From a virus: DNA of 64,000 nt. Positions 17,737 to 30,300 of the stretch are shown here, piece after piece. Position 1 is the first letter of the stretch. Every line of letters begins with the position of its first letter. The stretch is taken from positions 32,001 through 96,000 of the IMG/VR virus record IMGVR_UViG_3300044539_000111. One strand, written 5' to 3'. Below the pieces are notes generated by a model. That model ran no database searches and was not told the DNA's origin. It saw nothing but the letters and a program-made list of their open reading frames with translations. A program made the translations under genes and the position numbers.

Positions 17737-18291
17737 ATGGAAAAAATGCAATATGAATTATTAAAAGAAATGGGTATCTACATTCAAAAAAGCAAAACTT
17801 TTTTATGGCCGTTGCTGAATATAAAAGTTCAGCCAATAGAAACCTATTTAAAATTTGGTGATGTTAATCACACCAAAGAATCAAGAATACTAATTGCTTT
17901 GTTTTACAATAAAGATGCAGATTATGTTAAGATAAAACCTGAAATAGAAAACTCAAAATTTCATGATTTTACTTTTACAGATGACGAATTTGACATTGTA
18001 ACATTTAACATGTATAGTTTAAAAGATGACTATGACAAAGTAGTTAGTGGTAGTTATTCAGAAATCTCAAAAGAATACAAACTGCTAATGTCAGTTATAG
18101 AAAAAAACAAAATAGTTTTAAAATGCTTAGAACCTGCTAGCAATTACAAAGAAATTGCTGGAATTTTAGGAGTGTATGAATCAGAACTAGAAGGAAAAGA
18201 ATTACTTTCTCCGCCTAGTCCTGATCAAGAAACTATATTTGTTACACCTTCAATTAAAAAACAAATAATTGAAGATTATTGTTTTAGTTAA
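17737..18291 (+). CDS. Hypothetical protein, last gene of the plus-strand module
   Basis: 184 aa: QKSKTFLWPLL...GSYSEIS...ELLSPP. Confidence 0.8.
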   Translation: MEKMQYELLKEMGIYIQKSKTFLWPLLNIKVQPIETYLKFGDVNHTKESRILIALFYNKDADYVKIKPEIENSKFHDFTFTDDEFDIVTFNMYSLKDDYDKVVSGSYSEISKEYKLLMSVIEKNKIVLKCLEPASNYKEIAGILGVYESELEGKELLSPPSPDQETIFVTPSIKKQIIEDYCFS

Positions 18292-21200
18292 AGAAATCTG
18301 AATTTTCTCTTTGAATAGTAGTAGGAGCATCAACTAAACTTCCAGATAAGCCCATAGATTTAAGCACAATATTTAATGCTTTATCTCTGCCTTTTTCTTG
18401 AAATTTGTATGGTCCTGCTGCTTTTTCATAGACATCCGGCTCATCAGTAAAATATGTTGCATACAGCGAGCTTGCTAAATCTTCTATTGTAGCTAAACCT
18501 CCACCAGTAAACAAAGGTGATTGTCCAGTTACAATATCTTTTGTTGTTGATAGAGCATTAGTTAAAAAGAATGTATCCTCCTCTTTCTTAAAGACCAAAA
18601 GCAAACGCAATGTCTGTAACTTTAAATAGTTTTCTGAGTGAAAGCGTTTGTTTGTACCTTTAATTGTTCTTGCATCAGAAATTAAAGGTAATTCAGGTAA
18701 GGATGTTGAATGTTTCAACTTTGAATAAATCCCGTCATCATTTGGATCCCAAGTAAAATCAATAAGTCCGTCATCATCATCATCAAAACCAATTGACATG
18801 GCTAACATATTAATGATCATTGAAATCATTTTTGCTAAAACTAACTGCATTGCTCCTTTTTTAGCTTGCCAACTATAGGCATCCAGTTGCCAAAATTTTC
18901 CTTTATTGCTTACAAGTTCATTTGCTAAAGCAACAATCCCTAAATAAGTTCCAAGCTCAGCCCTGCGCGTTGAATAATTTAATCGTCTTTGACCTCTTTT
19001 TCCTTTTTTAGTTCTTATCTGGTATCTATCTAATGCCATTCCAGGAAAAAACTTCATTAAAAAGAACGCAGCCTTTCCCAACAAACTTCTATAAACCTCT
19101 GGTTCATTAAACTCATTTGCTATACCAAGTGATTTTTGTAAAAAAGATTGATGTTCATTCATCAAATCTTGTATTTTTTTTCCAAATTTAATGTTACCGT
19201 CCGCATCATAAGTGATTGCCATATCAGCAGGAACACCTGCTACTGTTTGTATTTTTCCATCAACCAATTCTATAGCTTCATCAAGTGATGTTTTCTTACC
19301 GTTTATCATAAAAGAATTATGCTCAAGAATTGCTAGAAATTGATGAACAGGTACAGATTCACTTAAATATTTTCTATCCGCATAGAAAAAACTTCCGCCA
19401 AACAAAGATTGCGCTACAGTTTTAGAACCTCTTGCACCAATTTCCTTTTTTAAGTTGCCGGGTATAGCATTTAAAATATCTAATAATTGCAATCTTGCAC
19501 TTACATTCTTATTAGAATACTGCATAGCAATTAATTCCCCCATAACAGAAGCAGACTTTCCTCTTGTTAAAGCAACATCCTTCATATTATAAACCGATCC
19601 TTCTGTTGCTTTTTTGTACATCATGGATTTACCTCCAACATAATTTCGCACAGACTTAACCGGATCTAATGCAAATGATGTAAAAGACATCCATCTTTGT
19701 AACCCACCAATAACTCTTGCGGTAAACATTGTTCCACCAGAAGCATCAGTGCCACCACTTACAAATCCTGTAATTGTAACACCTTTAAAATTTTTGTCTA
19801 TTATTTCTCTAATGTTTTTAATTCTTCTGCTTTGAGTAGAATCTTGTTTTTCTAACAACTCTGAGTCTTTAAGCATTTTGTCCACTACTGTTTTTGCAGG
19901 ATTAGTGTACATGTTTGTCATTGCATTTTCAAAAACATTTGCAAATGAATTTACTTTACGCATGCCTTTAAAATGCTCAATAGAATAAGAATGATCCATC
20001 ATTTTATCAATGATGTTAGTGGACACATCTGAAATATCAAGTTTATAACTACCACCTATTGGTCTGGTCAATGTTTTGTAAGAAGCTGTTTGTTGGTCAT
20101 TTGTTCTAATGCCATATTCAAAATCATCTTCTGCACCACGCCACGTTTCAGCAACCCTGTTCCATTTTCTTTGAAAATAATTTTTGTCATACTCCTCAAT
20201 ATCGCCTTTTCTATAACGCGGATAACTCAAATACATTTTTTGAGAAGCATCCAATCCTTTTTGATTATCCAGATGTTTATTCTTTAAATAATCTAACAGG
20301 TTCCATAAATTCCTTTGATTAGAAAACATCTTTTTGTATGTACCATTTACATACTTTGCATTTGGATCTGTTTCATCTAAGTTTTTAGGAAGCCAGTTCC
20401 CTCTGTTATCAACTGTAGCAATAACAAGGTCCCCGTTGTTGTCAACATAATCCCTTTCAATCTTAGCTGTTTCAAATTCTTGTTTTACTTTTCTGCGGTA
20501 GTATGCTCTAGTTGGAATACGCGGAACACCATTTAATTCAATGTATCCATTTGGAGAAAATTCAGCAGGAATTTTTGTACCTAATACACTTTTAGTTTCA
20601 TAATCTGAAATTTCACTAGGCATTGTAAATTGCCAAGCTGCCGTTGGTCGGTTGCGAGTAAACTCTCCAACAAAATGACCATCAACTTTATCAAATTCAT
20701 TTACTGATTCAGTATAATGATTTCTATCAAACCATTCTTTAAACTCAGGGCTAGTAGCAGATAATGCATCTGTAAATTTAGTATCCTTAATTGCTTCAAA
20801 AATATCTTGAGATGTTGGAAATTCACCATCAACAAAATCATAAGCTTTAAATGCATCTTCAAATATATTAGCAAACGCATCATTTGTTTCTACAAATGCT
20901 TTTAAGTTTGAAATATACTGCTGTGTCAATCCGGAAAGCTTAGAACCGTTAAGTTCTTTATCAATCTCTCTTACTCTGTCCAGTGTATCTTTATCTATTC
21001 CTAGATTAGCTAAACGCTTTTGTAAATCTATCCAAAAATTATTGTAGAAATCTTGGTCATTGTCATATTCAAACTCACCATTTTCTAAATAGTATTCTTC
21101 AATTCTTCTAAAGTTACGCATCTCTTGAGGACTATAACCTTTGATATTCAACCACTGTTCTTTCAAATTAGAAATAGTTTGTTGAATGTCTTTTATTTTT

Positions 21201-24200
21201 GCTTGAGCAGTTGGTGTTAAATCATTACCATTGTACTGATTAAAATTATCTTTAGATGGCTTTAGGATTCCGTAAATCTGCTCATACATTGGAGTGACAT
21301 CAATGAATGAATTATTAATTCTAGTAATTGGTTCTACTAAAAAACTTCTTTCCTCAATTAATGCTGCTCTGTTAATGTAATAGTTTTCACTTACAGCAAT
21401 CGTAGTGTTGTGCTTAATCCATTCTTCCATTACTGCATTATATGCATCGCTTCCTGGATGTTTACCTTTAGAAACTAACTCATCATGCAAAAGTTCAAGA
21501 GCTAACTCAAAAGCATTTTCTTTTTCTTCCCACTCATAAAATTCAGAAATCTCATTCCTATAGCCGGTAAGTATTTCAGCAATTTCTCTTGATATACCTG
21601 TTTTTTCTTCACCTGTTTTAAAATCATAAATATTGTGAAGCAATTGGTATTCATTCCAGAGTTCATTTAATGCATCAACTTTCCCAAAGTTTGTAGGATT
21701 GACATCAGCATTTTCAGAAATAACTCGCATCCTATCAAATATATCATCCAGTGCAGCTTTAGCTAATTTACCTGAATCAGTTTTAAAATATCTAGCAGCA
21801 ACTTGATAGAACTCATCCGTGTAATCACGGTTCATATACTTAGTGTCAAAATCTTCTAATGCTTCTTTAGCTTTTTCAAATTCTGCCTTTAAAGGATCTC
21901 TAGATTTTGCATCTTTATTTAAATTAAATTTTTGTCTAGCAAACTTAACAGCATCAAGAAGAAGCTGTCTATCATATTCATAGTTGTGGAAGTTACTCAA
22001 AAACTGCCACTCTAAAAATTCTTCTGATTCACCTTTGTTATTTGTTTTAAATGAACGGTTTATTTGACCAACTTCTTTTCCAAGTTTACCTTCACCTAAA
22101 AAATGTGTATCATAACCCGCAGCTTTTAAAAGTGGCTGTAAGTTGTTTAATAATTCACCTCTTCTTGCATTAGCATTACCATCAATGGTATTAAAAGTCT
22201 TCATTAAAAAAGAATAGAATCCGCCAACAATTTGGTCCTGGTTATTCATAAATGACTCAAACAAACCATTCCATTTATGTGAATCACCTAATCTCCCCTC
22301 TGCTTTTGCTCTAAGCGCATCTTTAGAAATTACATGTGAATTAAATGTTGCTAATTTAAGTTCTTGCAACTTTATCATTTCATCTCTAGTAAGACTTGCT
22401 TCAGGTTTATTTTTTAACCTGTTGTACTCAACCATGTCTGTTGGAGTCAAACCGTAATATTCTGCATGTAATTTATTGTACGCAGCCATAGAACCGACTT
22501 TCTTTAATGAATCCATTTGATCAAGATAATCTTTTTTAATTGGAGTCATTAATTCATTTAAGTGATCATACAAAACATCAATCACTGAATCTATTTGTAA
22601 ACTATCAGAAATTCTTTTACCTGCATCTAATTTTTCTTGTAGTTCATCTAATGCATCATAAATAGGGTTGACTTGTTGACCAGTTAAAGGATCAGTTACT
22701 AATGAATAGGTTGTATATTCAGATTTCCAATCTGTTATTTTAGCTAACCACTCTTCATTGTATTGCATGATTGCAAACAATTGGTCAAATTCATTGTTTT
22801 CTTTTACGCCAGACGCAGCCAGTGCTTTTAATTTATTATTAAGCAAATCCACAACTTCATCTACAGTTGAAATAACTTGAACAAAAGAATTAATCTTGTT
22901 GTTAAAGCTGATAATGTCTGCATCAATAGCAGTATTACCTGTAATGTTTAAAGCATCTAATGGGATAACGATATTTCTTGAACCAAATGTAGCTAGTCCT
23001 TCAAGAATCATTTGAGCTTGATTTAAAAGACCTTCTCTATTTTCATCAGCCAATCCTACTTCAATAGTTTTAAAGATGTCATTCTCTGCTTTAAAGTTTG
23101 ACAGTTGCAGTTTAACTACATCATGAAACTTGTTCATCAACTCCTGAGTTTTCTTTGCAGAACCATCTTTGATTTGTTGTTTAAGTAATTCATAATCTGT
23201 CTTAAACATTACCATCAAATCCTTGTCTAAAAACTCTGTGTCCAAAATAAATTCCTCCCCGTAGTTGATCATTTTTACCAGATCAGCCAATGTAGTTTTA
23301 GAATTAAGTTTTGACACATCTATTTTCTTTCCAAATACTTTTCTAAGAAACTGTTTGATTTGAAAGAATAGGTTTTGAATAAAACTTTTAGGTGCTACAT
23401 CTTCATTCTCATTGATTGCTTCTAAAGATGTAACAATTGCTTCCTCCATATAAGCAGCCGTACCCGGAGTTAAATCCGGATCTAAATTAAGATCAGCTAT
23501 AATACGTTGACCAAGTTCTGTAGCAGCAAGGTCATCAAATAATTTTTGAAATAGCTCAGGATTTTGTTTACTCATAGATTTTACAATCGGGTGAGCAAAC
23601 TCATGAAACACATCTGACGCAGTTAAATTACCTGCAACAATGTAAACCTTACCTGCTTGATAAAAAGCTTTTCTGTAAGACTGATTAGGAAACTTTTCTT
23701 CTAGTTCTTTTTGTGTAATTACTTCATAAGGAACATTCAATTGTTTAGATAATTTTTCAGCAACATCTAACGCTTTTGCTTTGTTTTCTACTTCAACAAC
23801 TTGTTCAAACTGATTTATAAATTCATCAATGCTTGGCATTTGCAAATCCATAGATTCATTTACCGTGTCTTGAAAATCTTGTTCTTCTTCCTCAAGTCTT
23901 TTAAATAACTTTTCTAGAACAACATTAGCAGGCCTAACAACTTTATTTGTTTCAAAATAGTCACGCCATGCTTCTTTTTCACCAATAGCATTTGCTAACT
24001 CATTAAATTTTTGTTGATCAACGGGATCTTCAATTTTATTATAGGCTGGGTTATCTATTAGCAAGCTTAATTCTTTGTCAGAAATAAGTGCAACCTCAGA
24101 TGGATTTTTAAAACCCCAGTCTTCAGTTTGTCCAATAAGCTCTTGCTCTTTTGTTATTGGAGTGCTTTCTTTAAATTCAAGAGTATCATCATACATTTTG

Positions 24201-24310
24201 TATGTTTGCTCTTGCATGAGTTTATCATACATGATTTCAGCCAATAAAAAATTTGGCTCCTGCTCAAGAATTTTCTTAAATTCTGGTGAATTTGGATTTA
24301 CACAGCTCAT
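18284..24310 (-). CDS. Giant virion/ejection protein (2008 aa) with a zincin-like HExxH domain and a C-terminal hydrophobic helix
   Basis: VFHEFAHP...MEEAIV; hydrophobic AMQLVLAKMISMIINMLAMSIG; directly downstream of the RNAP gene, as in crAss-like phages. Confidence 0.8.
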   Translation of the reverse strand: MSCVNPNSPEFKKILEQEPNFLLAEIMYDKLMQEQTYKMYDDTLEFKESTPITKEQELIGQTEDWGFKNPSEVALISDKELSLLIDNPAYNKIEDPVDQQKFNELANAIGEKEAWRDYFETNKVVRPANVVLEKLFKRLEEEEQDFQDTVNESMDLQMPSIDEFINQFEQVVEVENKAKALDVAEKLSKQLNVPYEVITQKELEEKFPNQSYRKAFYQAGKVYIVAGNLTASDVFHEFAHPIVKSMSKQNPELFQKLFDDLAATELGQRIIADLNLDPDLTPGTAAYMEEAIVTSLEAINENEDVAPKSFIQNLFFQIKQFLRKVFGKKIDVSKLNSKTTLADLVKMINYGEEFILDTEFLDKDLMVMFKTDYELLKQQIKDGSAKKTQELMNKFHDVVKLQLSNFKAENDIFKTIEVGLADENREGLLNQAQMILEGLATFGSRNIVIPLDALNITGNTAIDADIISFNNKINSFVQVISTVDEVVDLLNNKLKALAASGVKENNEFDQLFAIMQYNEEWLAKITDWKSEYTTYSLVTDPLTGQQVNPIYDALDELQEKLDAGKRISDSLQIDSVIDVLYDHLNELMTPIKKDYLDQMDSLKKVGSMAAYNKLHAEYYGLTPTDMVEYNRLKNKPEASLTRDEMIKLQELKLATFNSHVISKDALRAKAEGRLGDSHKWNGLFESFMNNQDQIVGGFYSFLMKTFNTIDGNANARRGELLNNLQPLLKAAGYDTHFLGEGKLGKEVGQINRSFKTNNKGESEEFLEWQFLSNFHNYEYDRQLLLDAVKFARQKFNLNKDAKSRDPLKAEFEKAKEALEDFDTKYMNRDYTDEFYQVAARYFKTDSGKLAKAALDDIFDRMRVISENADVNPTNFGKVDALNELWNEYQLLHNIYDFKTGEEKTGISREIAEILTGYRNEISEFYEWEEKENAFELALELLHDELVSKGKHPGSDAYNAVMEEWIKHNTTIAVSENYYINRAALIEERSFLVEPITRINNSFIDVTPMYEQIYGILKPSKDNFNQYNGNDLTPTAQAKIKDIQQTISNLKEQWLNIKGYSPQEMRNFRRIEEYYLENGEFEYDNDQDFYNNFWIDLQKRLANLGIDKDTLDRVREIDKELNGSKLSGLTQQYISNLKAFVETNDAFANIFEDAFKAYDFVDGEFPTSQDIFEAIKDTKFTDALSATSPEFKEWFDRNHYTESVNEFDKVDGHFVGEFTRNRPTAAWQFTMPSEISDYETKSVLGTKIPAEFSPNGYIELNGVPRIPTRAYYRRKVKQEFETAKIERDYVDNNGDLVIATVDNRGNWLPKNLDETDPNAKYVNGTYKKMFSNQRNLWNLLDYLKNKHLDNQKGLDASQKMYLSYPRYRKGDIEEYDKNYFQRKWNRVAETWRGAEDDFEYGIRTNDQQTASYKTLTRPIGGSYKLDISDVSTNIIDKMMDHSYSIEHFKGMRKVNSFANVFENAMTNMYTNPAKTVVDKMLKDSELLEKQDSTQSRRIKNIREIIDKNFKGVTITGFVSGGTDASGGTMFTARVIGGLQRWMSFTSFALDPVKSVRNYVGGKSMMYKKATEGSVYNMKDVALTRGKSASVMGELIAMQYSNKNVSARLQLLDILNAIPGNLKKEIGARGSKTVAQSLFGGSFFYADRKYLSESVPVHQFLAILEHNSFMINGKKTSLDEAIELVDGKIQTVAGVPADMAITYDADGNIKFGKKIQDLMNEHQSFLQKSLGIANEFNEPEVYRSLLGKAAFFLMKFFPGMALDRYQIRTKKGKRGQRRLNYSTRRAELGTYLGIVALANELVSNKGKFWQLDAYSWQAKKGAMQLVLAKMISMIINMLAMSIGFDDDDDGLIDFTWDPNDDGIYSKLKHSTSLPELPLISDARTIKGTNKRFHSENYLKLQTLRLLLVFKKEEDTFFLTNALSTTKDIVTGQSPLFTGGGLATIEDLASSLYATYFTDEPDVYEKAAGPYKFQEKGRDKALNIVLKSMGLSGSLVDAPTTIQRENSDFFN

Positions 24311-27300
24311 TTATAACATGCTTTAAGTTTCTCAATAATTATTTTTTGCACAAGATCATTTCCTTTTGCAAGTGCTTCTTCAATGTATTGTTTTGCATCT
24401 GCTACAGTATGTTCTTTTTGAAGACTTACTGTTAGCTTTTTAGCAAAGTTAACTAATATAGTTTGTTTTTGTTCGGCAGTAAACGGCAGTGTATTAAAAG
24501 TCAAAGAACCCGCTTGTTTTAACTGAGTAATATTATCTTCTAATCTTTTAAGTTCTTCCTGTAAAAATTTATATGTTTCAGGAGCTCTTGTGGGTAATTC
24601 AGCTAAACCAACACCCATTTGTGGAATTATAAGTTTAGAATATTTTCCAGTGTTCCATTCTGCAATTGCTTTGTTTATGTCTTCAGTAATTATTTTTTTA
24701 TTTTCTTGTAACTCTTTATCTGATTTGTATGCTTCTTCGCCTCTTGCAGGTAATTTTTTAGTAGATATACCAATTGCATTTGGTTCATCGCGCATTTCTT
24801 TTGCTTGACCACCTAATCCTTTTCTTATATCATTATCTCCAAATAAATACAAAGTTGCAGGATTTGCTTTAAGTTCACTTCTTAAAATAATTTTATCTGT
24901 TTTTTCAACAACGCCTGTAGATAATTGAGTAGTTGGAGCAGACCAATCATGTTGATTAATTAAATAATCTAATGCTGTAGCATGTGTAGCATAACCTTTT
25001 TCTTGATAATAAAGAATTGAAGATCCTTTAATTTTTCCTGAAGCAATGTCATTAATTATTGCTTGTCTATATTCTTCAGTTGCATTTGCATTACCTAAAT
25101 TTTCTCCAGTTGTCATCCAATGAATAAATTTCATAGTAGAAATTTTACCTGCTTCATCTCTTGACGTTTGTTCATCTTGCCAATCAAATGGATTACCCAA
25201 TGTTAAACCATCTTTGTAGTTTTGCAAAAATGATTTTTTAGAATTACCTCTAAAAGCAATAATCATTGTTTTTAGTTTACCGGTTTTTCTATTCATTTTA
25301 TTATCAAACAAACTGCGCGCTTCAGGTACAATATCATTCCAAAAATTCTTACCTGTGTATGTGGTATTTACATCTAAATCAGATGGTAGAACAACATTTT
25401 CTGATTTAGTTTTATCACCAAGCTGCTCATAAATATTTTGAGCTGCTGATTTTGTTTTAACCGGAACAGGTGTTTGATTAAGTTTAGCACTAGATGTAAG
25501 TACAGCTTGTCTATATTCCATTAAAGTTTCTTCTACTAATGAATCAAACAAAGTTTTACCAACAACAATTCTACCTGATGAAAATTTAAGTTCATTGATG
25601 AATTTAACTCTGAAGCCCACATAATTATTTTTTTTGTAGCTGGTATCTAAATCAGCAATAATTGAGCGTAATTGTTCTTTAACTATCTCTTTTCCATTGT
25701 TGATTAATTCAGACTGAGTAAGCTTTGTAAACCACTCAGGAGTCTTTCTATTTATATCATCATAAAGTATATCCAATAGTTCATTAAACACATTAGAGTT
25801 TGCTGTTCTTGTATCTGTTAGTTTTGGATCATACATTGGATCAGTTACACTTTCAAATGCTTTAGCTGAAATCATTTCATTGTATGTACCTAGCTCTGAA
25901 TAACGTATTACTTTTTTAAATCCAAGACCTTCCAAATGTTTTACAGCCATGTCATCTATACCGGAAGCTGTACCTACAAAGAATGAAGACACACCTGCTT
26001 CTACAGCCTTATCTATTAATGGCTTATGATAAGCATCAAAAGTTTTTTCAACCGCTGTTACAAACTCTTCTTTCTTTTTACCTAAGTATGCATTTTGAGT
26101 AATAGTACTACCAAACACCCAAACTTTATCTGTAGGAACAAATTCAGTTTTTGCTGACTTAGGTTTGGCTAAGGTTCCAGGATGAAAAGATTCTAAAGCT
26201 GCGGCATACGCTGCAGATGATGACTCATACTTAGAATTAAGTGGAGTTGTAGCTTTACCAATTGCTTTAGTGGCAGAGTTTGCCATCGCCTCATCTTTAA
26301 TTGCAAATTTTTCTTTGAAGACATTTGACTGAGCAACTGATAAAAATCCTTTTTTAGCATTTTTAGTTTTGTATCTTAAACTTGGTAAGTCACCTGAATT
26401 ATCAATACCTAAAATAAGCAAAGCCTTATCTAATTCTTTTTGACTTTTTCCTTCCGGTGCAATAAATTTCTGATCTCTAATTACCCATTCCATATTCTGA
26501 ATTGATTCAGCAAATGCTAATGGAGTCATTGATTCATCATTGTAGAAGTACTCAAGTTTTAATTCCTTTTGTTCTGCTGTTATAGCTTTAGCTAAAGGAA
26601 TTTTTGTAATGTTACTTGCTCTTACTTTTGATTCTTTGAGCTTAATATCTTTTGAGAATTTTAGTTTGTCAACAAGATAGTTAGCACCACGAACTTTCAT
26701 ACGCATTCCAGTGCCAACAATCATTCCTTGGTACAAGTTTTTAAACTGATCAATAATTTGTGCATCAATTTCTTTTCTGTTTTCTCTTTGGTCAAAACTT
26801 TTTTGCAATTCATCCAGCACTTGATAAATATACGGAAGACCAATTTGATTTGTTATTGCTTGTTCAAAGTAACTCTGATCAATAATTGGGAGCATGGAAT
26901 ACTTTGAAGCACGGTTAACACCAGACTGCATTATTGCAAGGTGATTTAATTTGTTGATGAAATTTTTAACTTCAGGATGTGGACTGTTTTTAAGTTCTTG
27001 AATATTTTCTCTATAGATAGAAGCCATTTGTGGATCTTTCACCTGCGGAAAATAAATGTTGTTCTTTTTAGCAGATTCATTAAAGTCATATTTTACATCT
27101 CTGAATAAAGCATAGTTTTCTAATTCAGGATAAAGAGCTTTTAAGTTTTGAACAACAGATGCAGCACCAGTAGAAATATCAAACATAGCACTTACATTCC
27201 CTGTGTTATATAAAGCAGCTCTTCCCAATATAATTAGTTTTCCTTGCTCAAAACCTTGATTCATAAATGTTCTCTTTGGTTGATCAAACACTTTGAATTT

Positions 27301-30300
27301 TTCTTTAAACTCATCAACAGTTAAAGTTTCAGCAACCTTAGAAAGATTACTGTATTCAAGTCTAAACTTAACCCATTCTTTTGGTAAAGCGTTGTTAAAG
27401 AATTTTCTGAATGGCATAAACTCCAACATGTTTGCTTCTTTAAAGTAAACATCTGGGCTGTATCTTACTTCACCAGTTTCTTCATTAATGTCCATACCAA
27501 ACTCAACAGATGCATCTTCAACTAAAGTATAGGATTTTCCAACTATGTCAATTTTTTCTGTATCACCTTTGATAAACTTTGTTGGACTTGTAGTATAACT
27601 GTTATCATTATAGACTGCATTTTGATACAAGAACCAAAGAAAGTCATTTTTAAAATCAGCAAGTAATTTTCTTTGATCAACACCCTTTGGTCTTTTTAAA
27701 TCAAGCGATCTTAAAATCAAAGCTTTGTTGTTTCTAAGTTTAAAATACTTAGAAAATAAATCAACAATGAACTCATCATTGTTAAATTTACCAACAGGTG
27801 TATCTTTTAATTTGTCAAACCATGCATCTGGAATCATCTTTTCTGCAATAGGAATTAATTTAAACTCCTCTATTGATTCAATTCTAGCTTGTGCTTCACT
27901 GATGTTTGAAATTTTCTGAGTATCAAATTTTGATACCATTGTAAAATCAGTTAATGCCTGAGCCATTTGTTTTATCTGAAGAAAATGAGATAAGATTTCC
28001 ATATCTCTATAGTTGGGTTCTTGCCCTAATCTATTTGCAATATCTTCATTTGTAAAAGGTTTTGCTGTGTTTGCAATTCTATTAAATGATCCTAAAGAAC
28101 TAGCTTTAGTTACATTTGTTGGATCACTAAAAACATTAGCATATTTTTTACTCAATACTTCCGCTGCTTTTCCAAGCGTGTCAGTTTTACCTTTCTCGTA
28201 ATCTTCAGACAACGCAGCAAATACTCCTTTGTATTCTTCTAGTACTTGATTAAATTCTAAAACTAATGGATTATTCACCATGTTAATAGCTGACGTTACA
28301 TTCATACCTGCCATCACCATAAATAATAATACAGGCGCAGTTTCTTTAGTACCTTGAGCATCAAAAATCCAAGCATCTTTAGCAACATCCACAAAACCAT
28401 TAATAAGCTGAGAAAGAATATCTGAAATTTCTAAGCCGTCCACATTTTTCATTGCGCCTAAAGTGATTGCATTTTTTTCAACATTCAAATTAAATCCAGG
28501 AGTACCTGCATCAGTTACAAAATTTAATTTTTTGTTGCTAAACGTATCAACTGTTTTTAATGCTGCTGCATACTGAGGCGTGTTTGCTTTTCCAAAGTCT
28601 TGAAGAAGCTCTAATGCTTTTACAAACTTAGCTTGATCTTCATTGCTTGTTTCTTGCAAAGTTGCACCAAATGTTGTAAAAAGTGCATAGAATGTAGACG
28701 TAACCGCAGCAATCCCTAATGAATCTTTTCCTACAGAATTTTCCTGATGCTTTAATAAGTTAAACCTGTACTCAAAAATGGAAGTGTTTGAGATTTTTCC
28801 ATTTTTCTGAATCTTGTTGTAGTTTTTCTTAGTCAATTTACCTGCATCTCTGGAAGGTCCTTCGGTATCTTTAGTTGTATTCGGAGTAATCAAATGCTTT
28901 AAGTTATCATTCATCAAAACTCTTTCATTCAACAAATCAAAAAACCTATTCTCTAATCCTTTAACACCTTTGCCATCACGTTCTCTTTGGAAGTTAGCAA
29001 TGTTTACCTTAATGGCATCTACAGCTTCCTGACTCTTCTCTATTTTAGACATGAACTCAAGATAGTTTTCTTTTACAACAGCCATTCTATCAGCCTTGTT
29101 TTTAATTACTGTATCAAAGAAAGCATTTGTTTCACTTTGAGCAAAACTTAATAATGTTAATTTTTGATTTACTTTTTCATCAATTTGTTTTTGTAATTCA
29201 CCATGTAGTTTTTCTTGAAACTCATAATCATAGTCTTTGTTTTCATACACAGATTTCTTTTCTGCATACAAAGCATCAATATCTACTTGAAGATCACTTA
29301 TCTCACCATAAAATGCACCAACGTACTCATTTAAACCTTCTTTTTCAACAAGGTAATCCGTGTATTCTTTCCAGTTTTTTTGTAATGCTGTGTTTGCTTT
29401 TTCTAATTTAGGTTCTTCTTTTTCAATACTCTCTCTTATTTCTTCATAAGTTCGATTTGATGATGAATACTTTACTGCTTCTACAGATCCATTGTAGTTT
29501 CTGATATTCATAAACATCATAAATAACTTATCAATATCAAAGTCAGCTCCAGACTGAGAAACAATTTCAGTAGGTAGTATAATTGTAGGACCGGCAAACT
29601 CAGGTAAAAATTCTGCAACTGTAGCAGCAACTAATGAGTTTGGTCCCTGCGTAGGAATACGCACACCAGGAAGTTTAATTAACTCTCCATATTTATTTTG
29701 CCAGTATGTAGTTTTAATTGCATCATTAAGTCTTTGTAATGATGCGTTATAGTCTAATACTTTTTTACCATTTTCATCTTCAGTGTAAACAGCAATTTTT
29801 TCTCCTTTGACATTTTCTGTGTAAAGTAATTTTTTGAAATCACCTTGAAGTGAAATCTTAACATCCATTCCTTTTACAATAGCTTTCCCATCATTATCCA
29901 AAACCTCATTTCCAAACTCATCTTGTAAGAAATAAAACTTCAAACCATTAGAACCATTCTTCAATAAAGCAGCTTGATTAGAACTTTTAAGCATTTCTTC
30001 AGAAACAGATATTCCGCCAGTCACTTGGAACTTTTCAAACATTGTACCTGCAACTTGAACTAAGGCTTCTCCATTAACTGTAATCCTTCTTAAAGTTTTA
30101 TCTACAAGAGTCACTAACAATTCTTCTAGCTTATCGCTAATCAATGACAAAGACAAGTCATCTATTAATGTTCCATCAGGTTTAATCAAATAGCTAATCT
30201 CCTCTGGCAATACCTCTTTAGACTTTAACTTCTCTCTCAAGTAGTTCGCTAGTTTTGAAGAGTCACCGGTATAAGTTTTTTGACCATTAACTGTATCTTC

